From Euryarchaeota archaeon UBA171 (lineage in GTDB: Archaea; Thermoplasmatota; Poseidoniia; Poseidoniales; Thalassarchaeaceae): 64,000 nucleotides of DNA. Below, one piece after another: positions 54,377-64,000 of this stretch; the first letter of the stretch is position 1; each line of letters starts with the position of its first letter. Under the pieces are notes generated by a model. It did not search any database and was not told the DNA's origin. It worked only from the letters and a program-made list of their open reading frames with translations. The position numbers and the translations under genes were made by a program. The stretch spans positions 16,405 to 80,404 of the forward strand of contig DANO01000039.1 of NCBI GenBank assembly GCA_002497295.1. Direction: 5' to 3'.

Positions 54377-55522
54377 CTACAATCGCTCAATTGCTACCCC
54401 TATCCCCATGCCCCCACCGATACACATGAGTGCCATAGCCCTGGACCCTGGCGTACTCTGGAGTAACGAGGCTGCTTGGCCCAGTATCCTAGCCCCGCTG
54501 GCGCCTAGGGGGTGCCCTATTGCGATAGCGCCCCCATGGATGTTTACCCTTTCACCATCCAAACCAAGTTCTGAGATAGTTGCAATGCTCTGCGATGAGA
54601 ATGCCTCATTGACCTCGAATATATCTACATCAGAGAGTTTCCATCCGGTTCTGTCCGAAAGCTTTCTTCCAGCAGATATCGGACCGATTCCCATCATATT
54701 GGGGTGGACTCCGGTCACTGCTCCTGCAACTACCTTAGCCATCGGAGATATGTTCATCCTCTGAGCGTATTCTTCAGAGCAGACTATCATCGCAACGGCT
54801 CCATCTGTGAGAGGGGATGAGGTTGCGGCTGTTACGCTTCCATTCTCATCAAACGCGGGTGGAAGGCGTGCCATACTGTCGATCGTGGTACTTGCTCTTA
54901 TACATCCATCAAGCAATACCTCCTTTCCATCTATGTCAGAGACTCCGATAATGTGCCTGTTACTAGTCTCATACTCGGCAGCCTTCATGTGGCTTTCAAA
55001 GGCAAATTCCTCCTGTTGCTCTCGTGTGATACCATACTCTCTAGCAACATTCTCAGCAGTTATACCCATTGATATGTACGCATCAGTGACTCCTGACTCT
55101 AGAACAGGGTGAGGACTCCAGTTGAAACCACGCCTCTTCACTCTGGACATCGACTCTACGCCTGCGACTACGTAGCACTCTCCTTGTCCGACACTAATGG
55201 CGTTCGCAGCTGATATTGCTGCCTGCATCGAACTACCACATAGCCTGTTGATGGTCATACCTGGAACAGTTTCTGGGAGATTGGAAAGCAAGGCGGCCAT
55301 TCGGCCTATGTTGTAACCCTGTTCGCCCTCGGGATACGCACATCCGACAATAACGTCATCGATATCGTCCGAGTTTATTTTGAGGCGTGAAACAATCTGG
55401 CTGATGCAAGCCGCCACCATGCTCTCTGGCCTCATATTCACAAGTTTTCCTTTGTGTGCTCTGTGAAATGGGGTTCGGACCCAGCCTGCAATGATAGGAG
55501 CCATGGCCGCGAGGGTGGACAT
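54377..55522 (-). CDS. acetyl-CoA C-acetyltransferase (thiolase II, bacterial/eukaryotic type)
   Basis: 381 aa. It has NRLCGSSMQA (active-site Cys), NE.AFS / GGAIA.GHP.GASG and the C-terminal CIGGGMG. Confidence 0.93.
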   Translation of the reverse strand: MSTLAAMAPIIAGWVRTPFHRAHKGKLVNMRPESMVAACISQIVSRLKINSDDIDDVIVGCAYPEGEQGYNIGRMAALLSNLPETVPGMTINRLCGSSMQAAISAANAISVGQGECYVVAGVESMSRVKRRGFNWSPHPVLESGVTDAYISMGITAENVAREYGITREQQEEFAFESHMKAAEYETSNRHIIGVSDIDGKEVLLDGCIRASTTIDSMARLPPAFDENGSVTAATSSPLTDGAVAMIVCSEEYAQRMNISPMAKVVAGAVTGVHPNMMGIGPISAGRKLSDRTGWKLSDVDIFEVNEAFSSQSIATISELGLDGERVNIHGGAIAIGHPLGASGARILGQAASLLQSTPGSRAMALMCIGGGMGIGVAIERL

Positions 55523-55593
55523 GGCTGCTTAACGATTGAGTCGGACGAACCTCTGACCGGTGTGTATTAATCAGGGCCTTTGTTCGCTGGCTC

Positions 55594-56283
55594 ATGATTC
55601 GCGAATGTAGCGTACACGGTTATTTCTCTGATGAGCCCCTATGTCCCGCCTGCAATGATGAGGGGAAGTTCATCATGCGCTCCGGTGAACGGAACAGCAT
55701 GGCCAGGAGGCTGGCCCTTATTCTGAGGCACGCGCCTGAGAAATTCGATCTCGAAATGGACATTAACGGCTGGATAGACATCAAAGATATCATTCGTCAA
55801 TTCAAGAAAAGAGATGAGCGACGATATCACTGGCTCAGGCCGCATCACTTCAGAGCAGTCTCTGAGACAGATCCGAAAGGGAGATACGAGGTTCGGGGGA
55901 ACATGATTAGAGCGACATACGGGCATACGGTCGAAATAGAACTGGATCTTCCTACAGAGAACATTCCCTCCTCGCTGTATTTCCCTTGTGGCCCTGATGA
56001 GGTAGAAGCGCTTCTGGAAGCGGGTCTGATACCCTCGGGAAGGGCTCATGTTCACCTCTCAGGTAGTATAAGATCCGCAGGTGATGCAGGCAAGGTACAT
56101 CACGATAGACCAGTTATACTTGACGTGGACACCGCAAGAATGGTAGCTTCCGGCCACACCGTTTGGCATGCGGGAGTCACAGTATATCTTGCAGAGAGCG
56201 TAGATCCTGAATTCCTATCAGTCGCTGATCCGAATGACCCAGAAATGCAGATTATGACTGCTAAATGGGATGAAGAAGAGTGA
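55594..56283 (+). CDS. kptA: RNA 2'-phosphotransferase Tpt1/KptA with N-terminal Zn-ribbon extension
   Basis: 229 aa. Motifs seen: LA.ILRH.P..F.L..D..GW..I..I, R.....I.A..GHS-like (here RATYGHT), and HLS. The N-terminal C.VHG......CPAC is an extra module. Confidence 0.85.
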   Translation: MIRECSVHGYFSDEPLCPACNDEGKFIMRSGERNSMARRLALILRHAPEKFDLEMDINGWIDIKDIIRQFKKRDERRYHWLRPHHFRAVSETDPKGRYEVRGNMIRATYGHTVEIELDLPTENIPSSLYFPCGPDEVEALLEAGLIPSGRAHVHLSGSIRSAGDAGKVHHDRPVILDVDTARMVASGHTVWHAGVTVYLAESVDPEFLSVADPNDPEMQIMTAKWDEEE

Positions 56284-56284
56284 A

Positions 56285-56659
56285 CTAGGACTCTTTGTAT
56301 GTCCCACAAAGGGGGCAGAATCCAAGATCGGATGAGACCTTCTCCCCGCAAGATGGGCACACCGTCGGATCGGGGTTTCGTGCAGAGGGTATCTCTACAG
56401 GTCTTACATTCGCATCCCTCTCAACGAATGGATTACTGATTATTCCACTAGATAATGCAACGAGATCTGAGAAACTCTGAGCTTCATGCAAAGCGGAGTT
56501 GAGTCGCCTCAGGGTTATTTTCCTCTCCTCGATATCCTCTATAGATTCCGAATCTTCAATTCTTGCCTGTAACCATCGTTTGAATCTAGACATGTCCGCG
56601 TCCTCGGCCATGACGTTCTGCACGGACGAGGACAGAAGAACCTGTGGTCGACGGCGCAA
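56285..56659 (-). CDS. small protein with C-terminal double-CxxC Zn-ribbon
   Basis: 124-aa ORF ending in CPSCGEKVSSDLGFCPLCG. The N-terminal part is helical and acidic. I recognise no family. Confidence 0.45.
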   Translation of the reverse strand: MRRRPQVLLSSSVQNVMAEDADMSRFKRWLQARIEDSESIEDIEERKITLRRLNSALHEAQSFSDLVALSSGIISNPFVERDANVRPVEIPSARNPDPTVCPSCGEKVSSDLGFCPLCGTYKES

Positions 56660-56677
56660 TCAAATGCTTCGCTTAAC

Positions 56678-57490
56678 GTGAGTACAAACGTGGGACGGAC
56701 CGTAATCAAATTTGGAGGGGCTCTAATTACTGAGAAGGAGTCAAGGAAAGTGTTCAGACCAGATACAATATCGGCTATCGCACCAATAATATCCAAGATG
56801 TCAAATTCTGGAATGGACTTCATAATCGTACATGGCGCGGGTTCTTTCGGCCATATAGACGCTAAGTCAGGGGACCTTTCTAGAGGGCGTCTGCCCGGTA
56901 GAGAGGAAGAGCAACGTCAAGCAAAGGAAACGGTAAGAAAATCCATGTATGAGTTGAATGGCTCTGTGATATCAATTCTTGAGAGTCATGGAATTAGATG
57001 TCGGTGCCATCCTCCAAGAGATTGGGCTAATGGGACGGGGCCTAAATTCAAGGGGGATATCAAAAGATTCGAAGAAGATGGATACGTGCATGTTACCTTT
57101 GGCGATGTTGTTGATGTTCCAGGGGATCGAGAGTTTGGAATTCTATCTGGTGATCACCTCATGGAGAGGCTCTCAACTGAACTTCCAGAAGTGGAGAAAG
57201 TCATCTTCTTGTTAGACGGTATAGACGGGTTGTATGATATGGACCCTACCCTGAAGGGTTCCGAGATGATACCAGTTTGGACTTCGTCGACGACCTACGA
57301 GACTTCTATCAACAACTTAACTGATGTCACAGGCGGCATGGGATTGAAGGTCGATGTCGCTTCTAGAATTTCTAAAAAAGCCCCATTAGTAGCATTCGTG
57401 AATGGTCTCGACCCTGATAATCTTCATGATCTACTAATCGGGGAAGATTTTACCGGAACTCTGTTTGATGGGGCCAAAAGTGATGAATGA
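56678..57490 (+). CDS. ipk: isopentenyl phosphate kinase (amino-acid-kinase fold)
   Basis: 270 aa with a GTG start. It has VIKFGGA.IT.K, IVHGAGSFGH and a C-terminal DVTGGM motif. Confidence 0.88.
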   Translation: MSTNVGRTVIKFGGALITEKESRKVFRPDTISAIAPIISKMSNSGMDFIIVHGAGSFGHIDAKSGDLSRGRLPGREEEQRQAKETVRKSMYELNGSVISILESHGIRCRCHPPRDWANGTGPKFKGDIKRFEEDGYVHVTFGDVVDVPGDREFGILSGDHLMERLSTELPEVEKVIFLLDGIDGLYDMDPTLKGSEMIPVWTSSTTYETSINNLTDVTGGMGLKVDVASRISKKAPLVAFVNGLDPDNLHDLLIGEDFTGTLFDGAKSDE

Positions 57491-59180
57491 CGAATGGTTG
57501 GAGGGAACCATGCGGGATGTACTAGAAGGCCTGGACTCTGATCAGAGATCCATGATGTCGGAGCTATGCATCCTGGTTGACAAGGAGGATAATCCGATTG
57601 GTGGCGCCTCCAAGAAAGAATGCCACTATGGCGAGGGCGCTCTCCATAGGGCCTTTAGCGTCTTACTATTCGATAAGGACGATCGATTGCTAGTGCAAAA
57701 GCGAGCATCGACGAAGATCACATTCCCATCAATATGGGCAAATACCTGCTGCAGTCATCCACTCATGGTATCGGATGGAGGGGCGGCTACAGAAGAGTCA
57801 GTTCGTTCTGCAGCCATAAGAAAGATGGAACAAGAACTCGGCGTCCCCTCGGAAATATCAGATAAATGGGATTTTAGGGAGATTGGTAAATTCAAGTATA
57901 GTTCAAGATGGGATTTCGAATGGATAGAAAGGGAAATCGACCATGTCCTATTGGTTAGGGGTGATACTGATATCAAACCTAATCCGAACGAGGTTGAAGC
58001 GTTCGAATGGTTGAGTCTAGATGAAGTTAGGAGTATGGTAACGCAAACCGGGCGTTGGTCTGAAGAGATAGTAGCCCCCTGGTTCAAGACCATAGTGAGT
58101 GCGTATTTGCCAGAGGGCAAATCGATAGATGAGGCAATGGAAAGTAAGTCTGATGAAATCCTCCAATTCGGAAGAATGTCTCTAAATCTGGGTGATTCTA
58201 GCCAGATTCTAGCGCAGATTTCAGAGCATAGAGAGCATGCGGAGGACCATATCTTGAAAGGTCTTTCAAAGATTGGCCAATCAAGACTCCATGCAGCAAT
58301 GAGTCACTTGTTTACAGGCGGGGGGAAGCGTCTCAGGGCAATGCTCCCAATTCTGGTTGGCGAAGCTATTGGGAAAGGGCATGAAGGACATTACGTTCTT
58401 GGCGCTTGTATTGAGATCATACACAATTTCACTCTTGTCCATGATGACATCATGGACCAGGACCCTGTTAGAAGAGGTCTGAAAGCAGTGCACATAGAAT
58501 TTGATGATTCTACCGCCATTAATGCTGGAGACGCCATGCTCGCTTTAAGTTTTGAAATGCTTGCAGATTCCAATCATATTGATGATGACCAATTACGATT
58601 GCTTGTAAAGAATATTGGGGAAATGGTTCGAAGAGTGGCAGAGGGACAACAAGAGGATTTCGAGTTCGAGGGTAGAGATTTCGTGTCAGAGCAAGATTAT
58701 CTCGCCATGATAGAAGGTAAAACAAGTGCAATGTTCCAAATGTGTGCCAAGACAGGGGCTATAATTTCCGGAGCTTCGGATGAAATGATAGAGACTATGT
58801 CGGAGTGGGGTCTGATGCTTGGTCTGTGCTTCCAAATAATGGATGATGTTATTGATCTGAGGTCCGATACGGAAACTCTGGGAAAGACTTCTGGTTCAGA
58901 TATCTCTAGCGGTAAGAGGACGCTGATTGCGATTCATGCGCTATCAAGCGGCGCGGATATGCCCAATTTCAAAGCAGCCTTCGGGAATGAAAACGCATCT
59001 GAAAGTATGATCAGCATGGCGATTGCGGATTTGGAGGATTCTGGAAGTCTGAATTATGCGTGGAAACGCGCGCTCGATTACCATGAGGCTGCACACCAGG
59101 CACTTGACAAAATTGATCCATCGCCCAGCTTGGATATATTGAGAACCATCACAGACTTTCAGATAACAAGAATTCGATGA
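57483..59180 (+). CDS. fusion protein: type-1 isopentenyl-diphosphate isomerase (Nudix) + (E)-polyprenyl (geranylgeranyl) diphosphate synthase
   Basis: The N-terminal half has LHRAFSV.LF......L.Q.RA..K..FP..W.N.CCSHP and NP.EV..F.W (IDI1 Cys/Glu motifs). The C-terminal half has GGKR.R, FARM HDDIMD and SARM F.QIMDDVID. The start is either 57465 or 57483; both overlap the ipk 3' end. Confidence 0.85.
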   Translation: MNDEWLEGTMRDVLEGLDSDQRSMMSELCILVDKEDNPIGGASKKECHYGEGALHRAFSVLLFDKDDRLLVQKRASTKITFPSIWANTCCSHPLMVSDGGAATEESVRSAAIRKMEQELGVPSEISDKWDFREIGKFKYSSRWDFEWIEREIDHVLLVRGDTDIKPNPNEVEAFEWLSLDEVRSMVTQTGRWSEEIVAPWFKTIVSAYLPEGKSIDEAMESKSDEILQFGRMSLNLGDSSQILAQISEHREHAEDHILKGLSKIGQSRLHAAMSHLFTGGGKRLRAMLPILVGEAIGKGHEGHYVLGACIEIIHNFTLVHDDIMDQDPVRRGLKAVHIEFDDSTAINAGDAMLALSFEMLADSNHIDDDQLRLLVKNIGEMVRRVAEGQQEDFEFEGRDFVSEQDYLAMIEGKTSAMFQMCAKTGAIISGASDEMIETMSEWGLMLGLCFQIMDDVIDLRSDTETLGKTSGSDISSGKRTLIAIHALSSGADMPNFKAAFGNENASESMISMAIADLEDSGSLNYAWKRALDYHEAAHQALDKIDPSPSLDILRTITDFQITRIR

Positions 59181-59184
59181 TTCT

Positions 59185-61392
59185 TCAATCCGAGTAGTAT
59201 GCCTCACCAGGAACCTCTGGTTTGAGGCCCTTTCTCTGACGGATGTCGCCTACAGTCTTCTCAAAGAGATTCATCGGGAGGATGTCGAATCCCGCATTTT
59301 CGGTGTTCCACACAGCCCGGCCTTGGCTTGCTGCGCGTATGTCATTAGAGAATCCGAAGGACTCTCCCACAGGCATCTTACCTATCACTGATGCAGTTCC
59401 CCCATCTACCGGCATATCCTCGATTATTCCCCTTCGATTGGTGACTTCCCTGGTAACGCCGCCGATGACGTCGTTTGGAGCGTCGATTCGTATATTCTGT
59501 ATCGGCTCCAAAATAACAGGCCTCGATCTTACGAGACTGCCTCTTATCGAGTTCCTTACAGCGGGGATCGTCTGTGCAGGGCCTCTGTGTATCGCGTCTT
59601 CATGGAGTTTCGCATCGGTAAGTCTGACCATGACACCCATCAAGGGTTCTTCTGCAAGTGGGCCTTTCTTGCAAACCTCATTGAATCCCTCGATGATTAG
59701 TTCTCGTGTTTCATGTAGATTCTGAATACCCTTGGTATCGTTAACAAGGACGTTTGTCCCATGGATTGCGTATATTTTCCTCATCAGATCTTTCTTCATG
59801 CCATATGCAGCAAATTTATCGCCAACTTCCTTGGAGTCCTTGTTCCTGACTGTACCCTCGCCGAACTCGCCTTCCCTGAGGGCCTGGATGACCTCGGTGG
59901 GCAAGGGTTCTGTTTCTACGTAGAACCTATTATGTCTGTTCGGAGACTTGCCTTCGAATGCCTGACCCTCGTTTTTGGATTGGATGCATTCCCGGTAAAC
60001 AACAATCGGATCGCTTTGCTTGACTTTTATGCCGTGTTCCTCTTCGAGTCTGTAAATTGTAATTTCGAGATGGAGTTCCCCCATCCCTGCCAGAAGTGCT
60101 TCACCAGTCTCGCTGTTGGTGCTAACTTGTAGTGAAGCGTCGGCCTTGGCCAAGCTCGACATAGCACCTATGAACTTCGGCAAGTCTTTCATGGCAATTG
60201 GTTCGATGGCTTTGGTGACAACCGGTTCAGAATAATGCCTTATTGCCTCGAAGGGTGTAGCCTCGGGATCCCTGGTAACTGTGACTCCTGCGGCAGCACT
60301 TCTGATTCCTGTGATTGCAGCAATGTTGCCAGCGGTCACGGAAGGCACTGATATTCTGTCCCCCCCGACCATCATGGAGACTTGTTGAACCCGCTCGGCT
60401 TTTGCACCACCGAGTGCCCAGACGCTCTCACCCTGCTTAATCTGGCCAGAATAGATACGTCCCACTGCAACTTCACCTGCATGAGGGTCCATCCATATCT
60501 TGGTTATCATTAGAGAAAGAGGGCCATCCTCGTCGCAATCAATCATGGCCTTTCCTTGGACTGAATCAAGATCGCCCTGCCAGATATTTGGTATCCTGTA
60601 AACTTGCGCGACCGATGGAGAAGGTAGTTTGTCTACAGCCATATCCAATAGTACCTCGTGTACGGGGGCTTTCTTTGAGAGTTCTTTCTGCTGATCGTTT
60701 TTACAGTGCTCAAAGATATCGACGAAATTCAACTTAGATTTTGCCATGAATGGTACTGACATTCCCCAGTTGTAGTATGCAGATCCAAAGGCTACGGTCC
60801 CACTCTCGACGGAAACCCTCCATTCCTTCTTGAGCCCCTCTGGAGCGAACGTGGAGATTAGCTTGTTGACTTTAGCAATGATTAGCGAGAAGCGCTCCAT
60901 CATCTCTTTTCCATCAATCTGAAGCTCATTGATCAATCGGTCTACCTTGTTTATGAAAAGAACAGGTCGAACCTTCTCCTTCAAGGCCTGACGTACGACA
61001 GTTTCAGTCTGTGGCATTGTCCCTTCCACCGCGCAGGCGAGGATTATGCATCCATCGACAGCTCGCATTGCACGTGTAACGTCTCCGCCGAAATCAACGT
61101 GCCCAGGTGTATCTATCAGGTTGATGAGGTAGTCTTCACCAGATACGTCGTGCACCATCGATGCGGAAGCAGCGTTGATCGTGATTCCCCTTGCAGACTC
61201 CTGTTCATCGAAATCGAGGACCCTGGACTTCCCAGCCAGATCCTCGGACATCATCCCTGCTCCAGCGATTAGATTGTCCGAAAGAGTTGTCTTGCCATGG
61301 TCGATATGAGCAGCGATTGCTAGATTCCTAATTCGATCTCGGTCATGCATGACCTCAGTTGCTCGCTTGATGTTGTCTTCCTTACGTCCCAT
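59185..61392 (-). CDS. fusA: translation elongation factor aEF-2
   Basis: 735 aa. It has the G-domain AHIDHGKTT, DTPGHVDF, NK.D, and the diphthamide-site region HEDAIHRG. Confidence 0.97.
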   Translation of the reverse strand: MGRKEDNIKRATEVMHDRDRIRNLAIAAHIDHGKTTLSDNLIAGAGMMSEDLAGKSRVLDFDEQESARGITINAASASMVHDVSGEDYLINLIDTPGHVDFGGDVTRAMRAVDGCIILACAVEGTMPQTETVVRQALKEKVRPVLFINKVDRLINELQIDGKEMMERFSLIIAKVNKLISTFAPEGLKKEWRVSVESGTVAFGSAYYNWGMSVPFMAKSKLNFVDIFEHCKNDQQKELSKKAPVHEVLLDMAVDKLPSPSVAQVYRIPNIWQGDLDSVQGKAMIDCDEDGPLSLMITKIWMDPHAGEVAVGRIYSGQIKQGESVWALGGAKAERVQQVSMMVGGDRISVPSVTAGNIAAITGIRSAAAGVTVTRDPEATPFEAIRHYSEPVVTKAIEPIAMKDLPKFIGAMSSLAKADASLQVSTNSETGEALLAGMGELHLEITIYRLEEEHGIKVKQSDPIVVYRECIQSKNEGQAFEGKSPNRHNRFYVETEPLPTEVIQALREGEFGEGTVRNKDSKEVGDKFAAYGMKKDLMRKIYAIHGTNVLVNDTKGIQNLHETRELIIEGFNEVCKKGPLAEEPLMGVMVRLTDAKLHEDAIHRGPAQTIPAVRNSIRGSLVRSRPVILEPIQNIRIDAPNDVIGGVTREVTNRRGIIEDMPVDGGTASVIGKMPVGESFGFSNDIRAASQGRAVWNTENAGFDILPMNLFEKTVGDIRQRKGLKPEVPGEAYYSD

Positions 61393-61475
61393 TTAGCACA
61401 CCACTGACGGTTCGGGCCACCTTTGAGTGGTTCATAAAGCCGACCGTTTGGACGTACTCGAAATGAGCGCCTGGA

Positions 61476-62099
61476 TCATCTTGCAGAGGCCGCGATACGC
61501 TCGACTTCCTCTCGTTTCGAAACTGCAAACGAGGCTATGTCTCCCTCGGAAGCCTTGCTAAGTTCGGATACTATCCCTTGCGTCAAGGTTCTGGTACTCT
61601 TCGCTGTGGCTGCAGCGCATCCCTTGGTGAGATTCCTCATAGCAGTGTCGAGCCTCCTGCTGGGAGATGAGTCCACTGCCTTTGGCTGGCTCACAGCACC
61701 GAATTTTATCCTGGTTATCTCCTCACAAGGTGCAGCGTTGACAACTGCATCAATGAAAAGTTGCAAGGGGTTTTCTCCCTTCCTCTCGGCCATTATGTCG
61801 AGTGCTGCCTCGAATGCCTTGGCACAATGCTGCTTTTTACCAGCGTACTTTCCAGTTCTCATGAGGCTGTTGATGAATCGTTCTATGATAGAGAGTTTGG
61901 ATTTTCCAAACCATACTCTGGCATGCCTCCCTCCGGTATGTGGTGTCCCGATTGTAGTGAGGTTGACGTAGGGCGCTAGGCCAGGATCGTTACAGGTCAC
62001 TTCCGTTGCATCCCACTTCCCAAAAACCATGGTTCCTATGCCTGCTATGGCAGCCTGCTGCTCATGCGTCTGAACTTCTTCATCGGACATATTGATCAC
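61476..62099 (-). CDS. rps7: ribosomal protein uS7
   Basis: 207 aa in the conserved position between uS12 and aEF-2. It shows the S7 pattern (...RFINSLM..GK..GKK..A......A...I). Confidence 0.93.
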   Translation of the reverse strand: MINMSDEEVQTHEQQAAIAGIGTMVFGKWDATEVTCNDPGLAPYVNLTTIGTPHTGGRHARVWFGKSKLSIIERFINSLMRTGKYAGKKQHCAKAFEAALDIMAERKGENPLQLFIDAVVNAAPCEEITRIKFGAVSQPKAVDSSPSRRLDTAMRNLTKGCAAATAKSTRTLTQGIVSELSKASEGDIASFAVSKREEVERIAASAR

Positions 62100-62536
62100 C
62101 TTACTGGCTTCTCCTTACGTCCCCGGACCATCTCGTCTAGTGAGACGCCATTGACTTTGATGACTTTGAATCTAACACCGGGCAAGTCGCCGTAGGATCT
62201 TCCCATTCGGCCACCTATGCCCTCAACCATGACCTCGTCATGTTCATCGATGAATGATATCGCTCCATCGCCTGGTGCGAATGCAGTCAGTTTGTTCCCA
62301 GTTCGTATTAGGGAGATCTTGACAGCCTTCCTGATACCAGAATTAGGCTGCTTGGCCTCGATCCCGACCTTCTCTATGACTATCCCTTTCGCTTGTGTGC
62401 TGCCCATGAGGGGGTCGTGCTTCAATACCCCTCCAGCTTTGCGCTTATCTTGGCGTTGTTTGAACTTACGTTCCTTCCACCTAAATTTCTTACGATCGCC
62501 CTTCATCTTCGGTCCTGAAAACAACCCTTGACCCAA
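62096..62536 (-). CDS. rps12: ribosomal protein uS12
   Basis: Motifs seen: KQPNSG.RK.V...L...GK..TAF.PGDG.....DEHDEV.VEGIGG..G.S.GD.PGVR.KV.KVNGVSL. The track ORF (to 62746) carries a non-homologous N-terminal extension. A likely TTG start at 62536 gives [20 protein letters not shown], or ATG at 62506. Confidence 0.9.
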   Translation of the reverse strand: MGQGLFSGPKMKGDRKKFRWKERKFKQRQDKRKAGGVLKHDPLMGSTQAKGIVIEKVGIEAKQPNSGIRKAVKISLIRTGNKLTAFAPGDGAISFIDEHDEVMVEGIGGRMGRSYGDLPGVRFKVIKVNGVSLDEMVRGRKEKPVR

Positions 62537-62662
62537 GTGAAGCACCCCTAAGCAGGCGAGGCCACCTGCCCGGGGTATAAGAGCGTGACGCAGGGGAGAG
62601 AACTTAGTATCCCGACCATTGGCCCCCTCAACATTCAAGCACACGATGCCAAACCGACCGAC

Positions 62663-63934
62663 ATGGCCTTCAGGGATCTGCTGGGTGGCGCCATCCGCCA
62701 TTCGGAGGCAATATCGGTGAATCACGGGATACTCGACGCTTCTCAATCAGGGGGACACGTGGCAACAGTGTTCGAAAATATATCTGAATGTCCAGGACAT
62801 AGAGCAGCTGCGAATGTCCTAGTTAGGGAAAGGCTGTGCAAAGCGTTCTCAATAGAACCAGGTGAGCTGATCGATATACTAGCGTGGGCCATGGACAATC
62901 CCGAAGAGCCTGTTGAGGTTGACCGCTCTGATGCTGTCGTTCTCCAGAATAGGCAAGATGAGGTTGATCTCCGTGCGATTCCCATACCGTGGCATCATAG
63001 AGCTGACAGGGGAAGGTACCAATCTGCTTCTATCATTATAGCACAGCATGGCGGTACACGGAACGTATCATTTCACAGGCAATTTCTGAGGGATGCCACT
63101 AGCTGCGTTTCGAGATTCGTTCCAAGGCATCTGAAGACAATGGTTGATTCGGCGCACTCGCATGGTAGCGAGGTTTCAGTATGCGTGGTAAATGCACCTG
63201 ATCCCACGGTATTGTTGGCTGCAGCAATGTCATTCACTGAGCATATAGATGAGTTGAAGGTCGCAGCCGCGTTACATAGGAGAATTCACGGTACACCTCT
63301 AAGAGTAGTCACACTTGACAATGGTATTGCTGTTCCTGCTGACGCAGAGTATGCCATGGAAGCGAGGATAACATCAGACAAAAGTGATGAGGGTCCATAT
63401 GTAGATATTACCGGTACCTTGGACGATGTTAGGCAAGAGGCGGTCATAGTCTATGACTCAATCCACCATAGAGACGAACCGGTTTTCCATGCGCTGATAC
63501 CGGCTGAAAGGGAGCACAGGACACTCATGGGGCTCCCGAGGGCGCCTACGATAAAAAAAGCCGTATCAGAAGTTGTCACATGTACCGATGTGCATCTGAC
63601 AGATGGAGGCTCAGGATGGCTATCGGCAGTTGTCCAAATCGTTCCCGAAGAGCCGGGGGACGGGCAGAGGGCTATCGAGGCTGCTATAAAGGGACATGGA
63701 TCCATGAAACAAGTTGTTGTTGTGGACACAGATATTGACATCGCAGACCCTGTCAGAGTCGAATGGGCCCTCATGACAAGGTGGCAGCCAGATCGAGATA
63801 CGGTTATTCTTAGCGATCAGAAAGGCTCGTCATTGGACCCCAGCCGCTATGAAGATGGGAAAACAAGCAAAATAGGCATGGATGCGACCATCAAAGCAGG
63901 AACCGATGATTCAGCATTCAGGAGTGCCGTATGA
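62663..63934 (+). CDS. ubiD: UbiD-family (prFMN-dependent) decarboxylase
   Basis: UbiD-type sequence (...P.PW.H..D.G.Y......I.......RN.S.HR........). The size of ~420-450 aa fits. The start MAFRDLL (62663) is preferred over the track start at 62585, which lies in the uS12 promoter region. Confidence 0.75.
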   Translation: MAFRDLLGGAIRHSEAISVNHGILDASQSGGHVATVFENISECPGHRAAANVLVRERLCKAFSIEPGELIDILAWAMDNPEEPVEVDRSDAVVLQNRQDEVDLRAIPIPWHHRADRGRYQSASIIIAQHGGTRNVSFHRQFLRDATSCVSRFVPRHLKTMVDSAHSHGSEVSVCVVNAPDPTVLLAAAMSFTEHIDELKVAAALHRRIHGTPLRVVTLDNGIAVPADAEYAMEARITSDKSDEGPYVDITGTLDDVRQEAVIVYDSIHHRDEPVFHALIPAEREHRTLMGLPRAPTIKKAVSEVVTCTDVHLTDGGSGWLSAVVQIVPEEPGDGQRAIEAAIKGHGSMKQVVVVDTDIDIADPVRVEWALMTRWQPDRDTVILSDQKGSSLDPSRYEDGKTSKIGMDATIKAGTDDSAFRSAV

Positions 63935-64000
63935 GCAACTCTGCAGGTAGCACCCTTGAGGAACGACTCCTTCATCCCCGAAGGAGTCTCGGAGACAGAT
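63931..64000 (+). CDS. 5' end of an ORF overlapping the ubiD stop (ATGA); product unknown
   Basis: An ATG at 63931 overlaps the UbiD stop. Only 23 codons ([23 protein letters not shown]) are visible. Confidence 0.3.
   Translation, partial: MSNSAGSTLEERLLHPRRSLGDR

Noticed and set aside
59185-61392. Inteins or large insertions in aEF-2, PAN, PriS, MetRS or ProRS.
   Set aside because: All have lengths and motif spacing normal for their families, and I saw no intein block motifs.
1-64000. CRISPR arrays, transposases/integrases, prophage or defence islands.
   Set aside because: Reading the ORF set and the intergenic gaps, I found no repeat-spacer periodicity and no recognisable recombinase, nuclease or defence gene. 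The window looks like core chromosome. I could not run an exhaustive computational repeat search.

Overview
This is a densely coding archaeal chromosomal segment. I estimate by eye about 90% coding, with mostly very short or overlapping gene junctions. I found no CRISPR array, transposase, integrase or rRNA. The archaeal assignment rests on these hallmarks: eS19-eL39-eL31-eS17, the uS12-uS7-aEF-2 'str' cluster, PAN, PriS, Kae1, aMBF1, Tsr3 and isopentenyl phosphate kinase. Metabolic content includes a complete histidine-utilisation route (HutH/HutU/HutI plus split formiminotransferase and cyclodeaminase) and methylmalonyl-CoA mutase/epimerase. It also includes a preQ0 operon (folE-queE-queC-msrB-queD behind a small RHH gene), futalosine-pathway menaquinone genes (mqnD, mqnA, an MqnC/E-type radical-SAM enzyme, UbiD), split transketolase and FdhD plus a YdeP-type molybdoenzyme. 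An isoprenoid cluster carries thiolase, IPK and an IDI1-GGPPS fusion. One tRNA-Val(GAC) is present. The lifestyle signals (peptidase, hut genes, RND exporter, several K/P/E-rich low-complexity proteins) suggest a heterotrophic planktonic euryarchaeon, Thermoplasmatota / Marine Group II-like; this is inference only. This is mostly ordinary core genome. The most unusual item is a 159-aa single-module homologue of eukaryotic deoxyhypusine hydroxylase (DOHH), placed 3 nt downstream of mqnD. Secondary items are the IDI1-GGPPS fusion, a cysteine-less QueC, a 16-bp-arm palindrome at the RHH/preQ0 promoter, an EF-hand/polyproline protein next to an RDD-like membrane protein, degenerate HIGH/KMSKS motifs in ValRS/MetRS, and a roughly 300-nt AT-rich non-coding stretch beside a missed small Zn-ribbon ORF and the tRNA. 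All family calls come from motif recognition by eye and need database confirmation.
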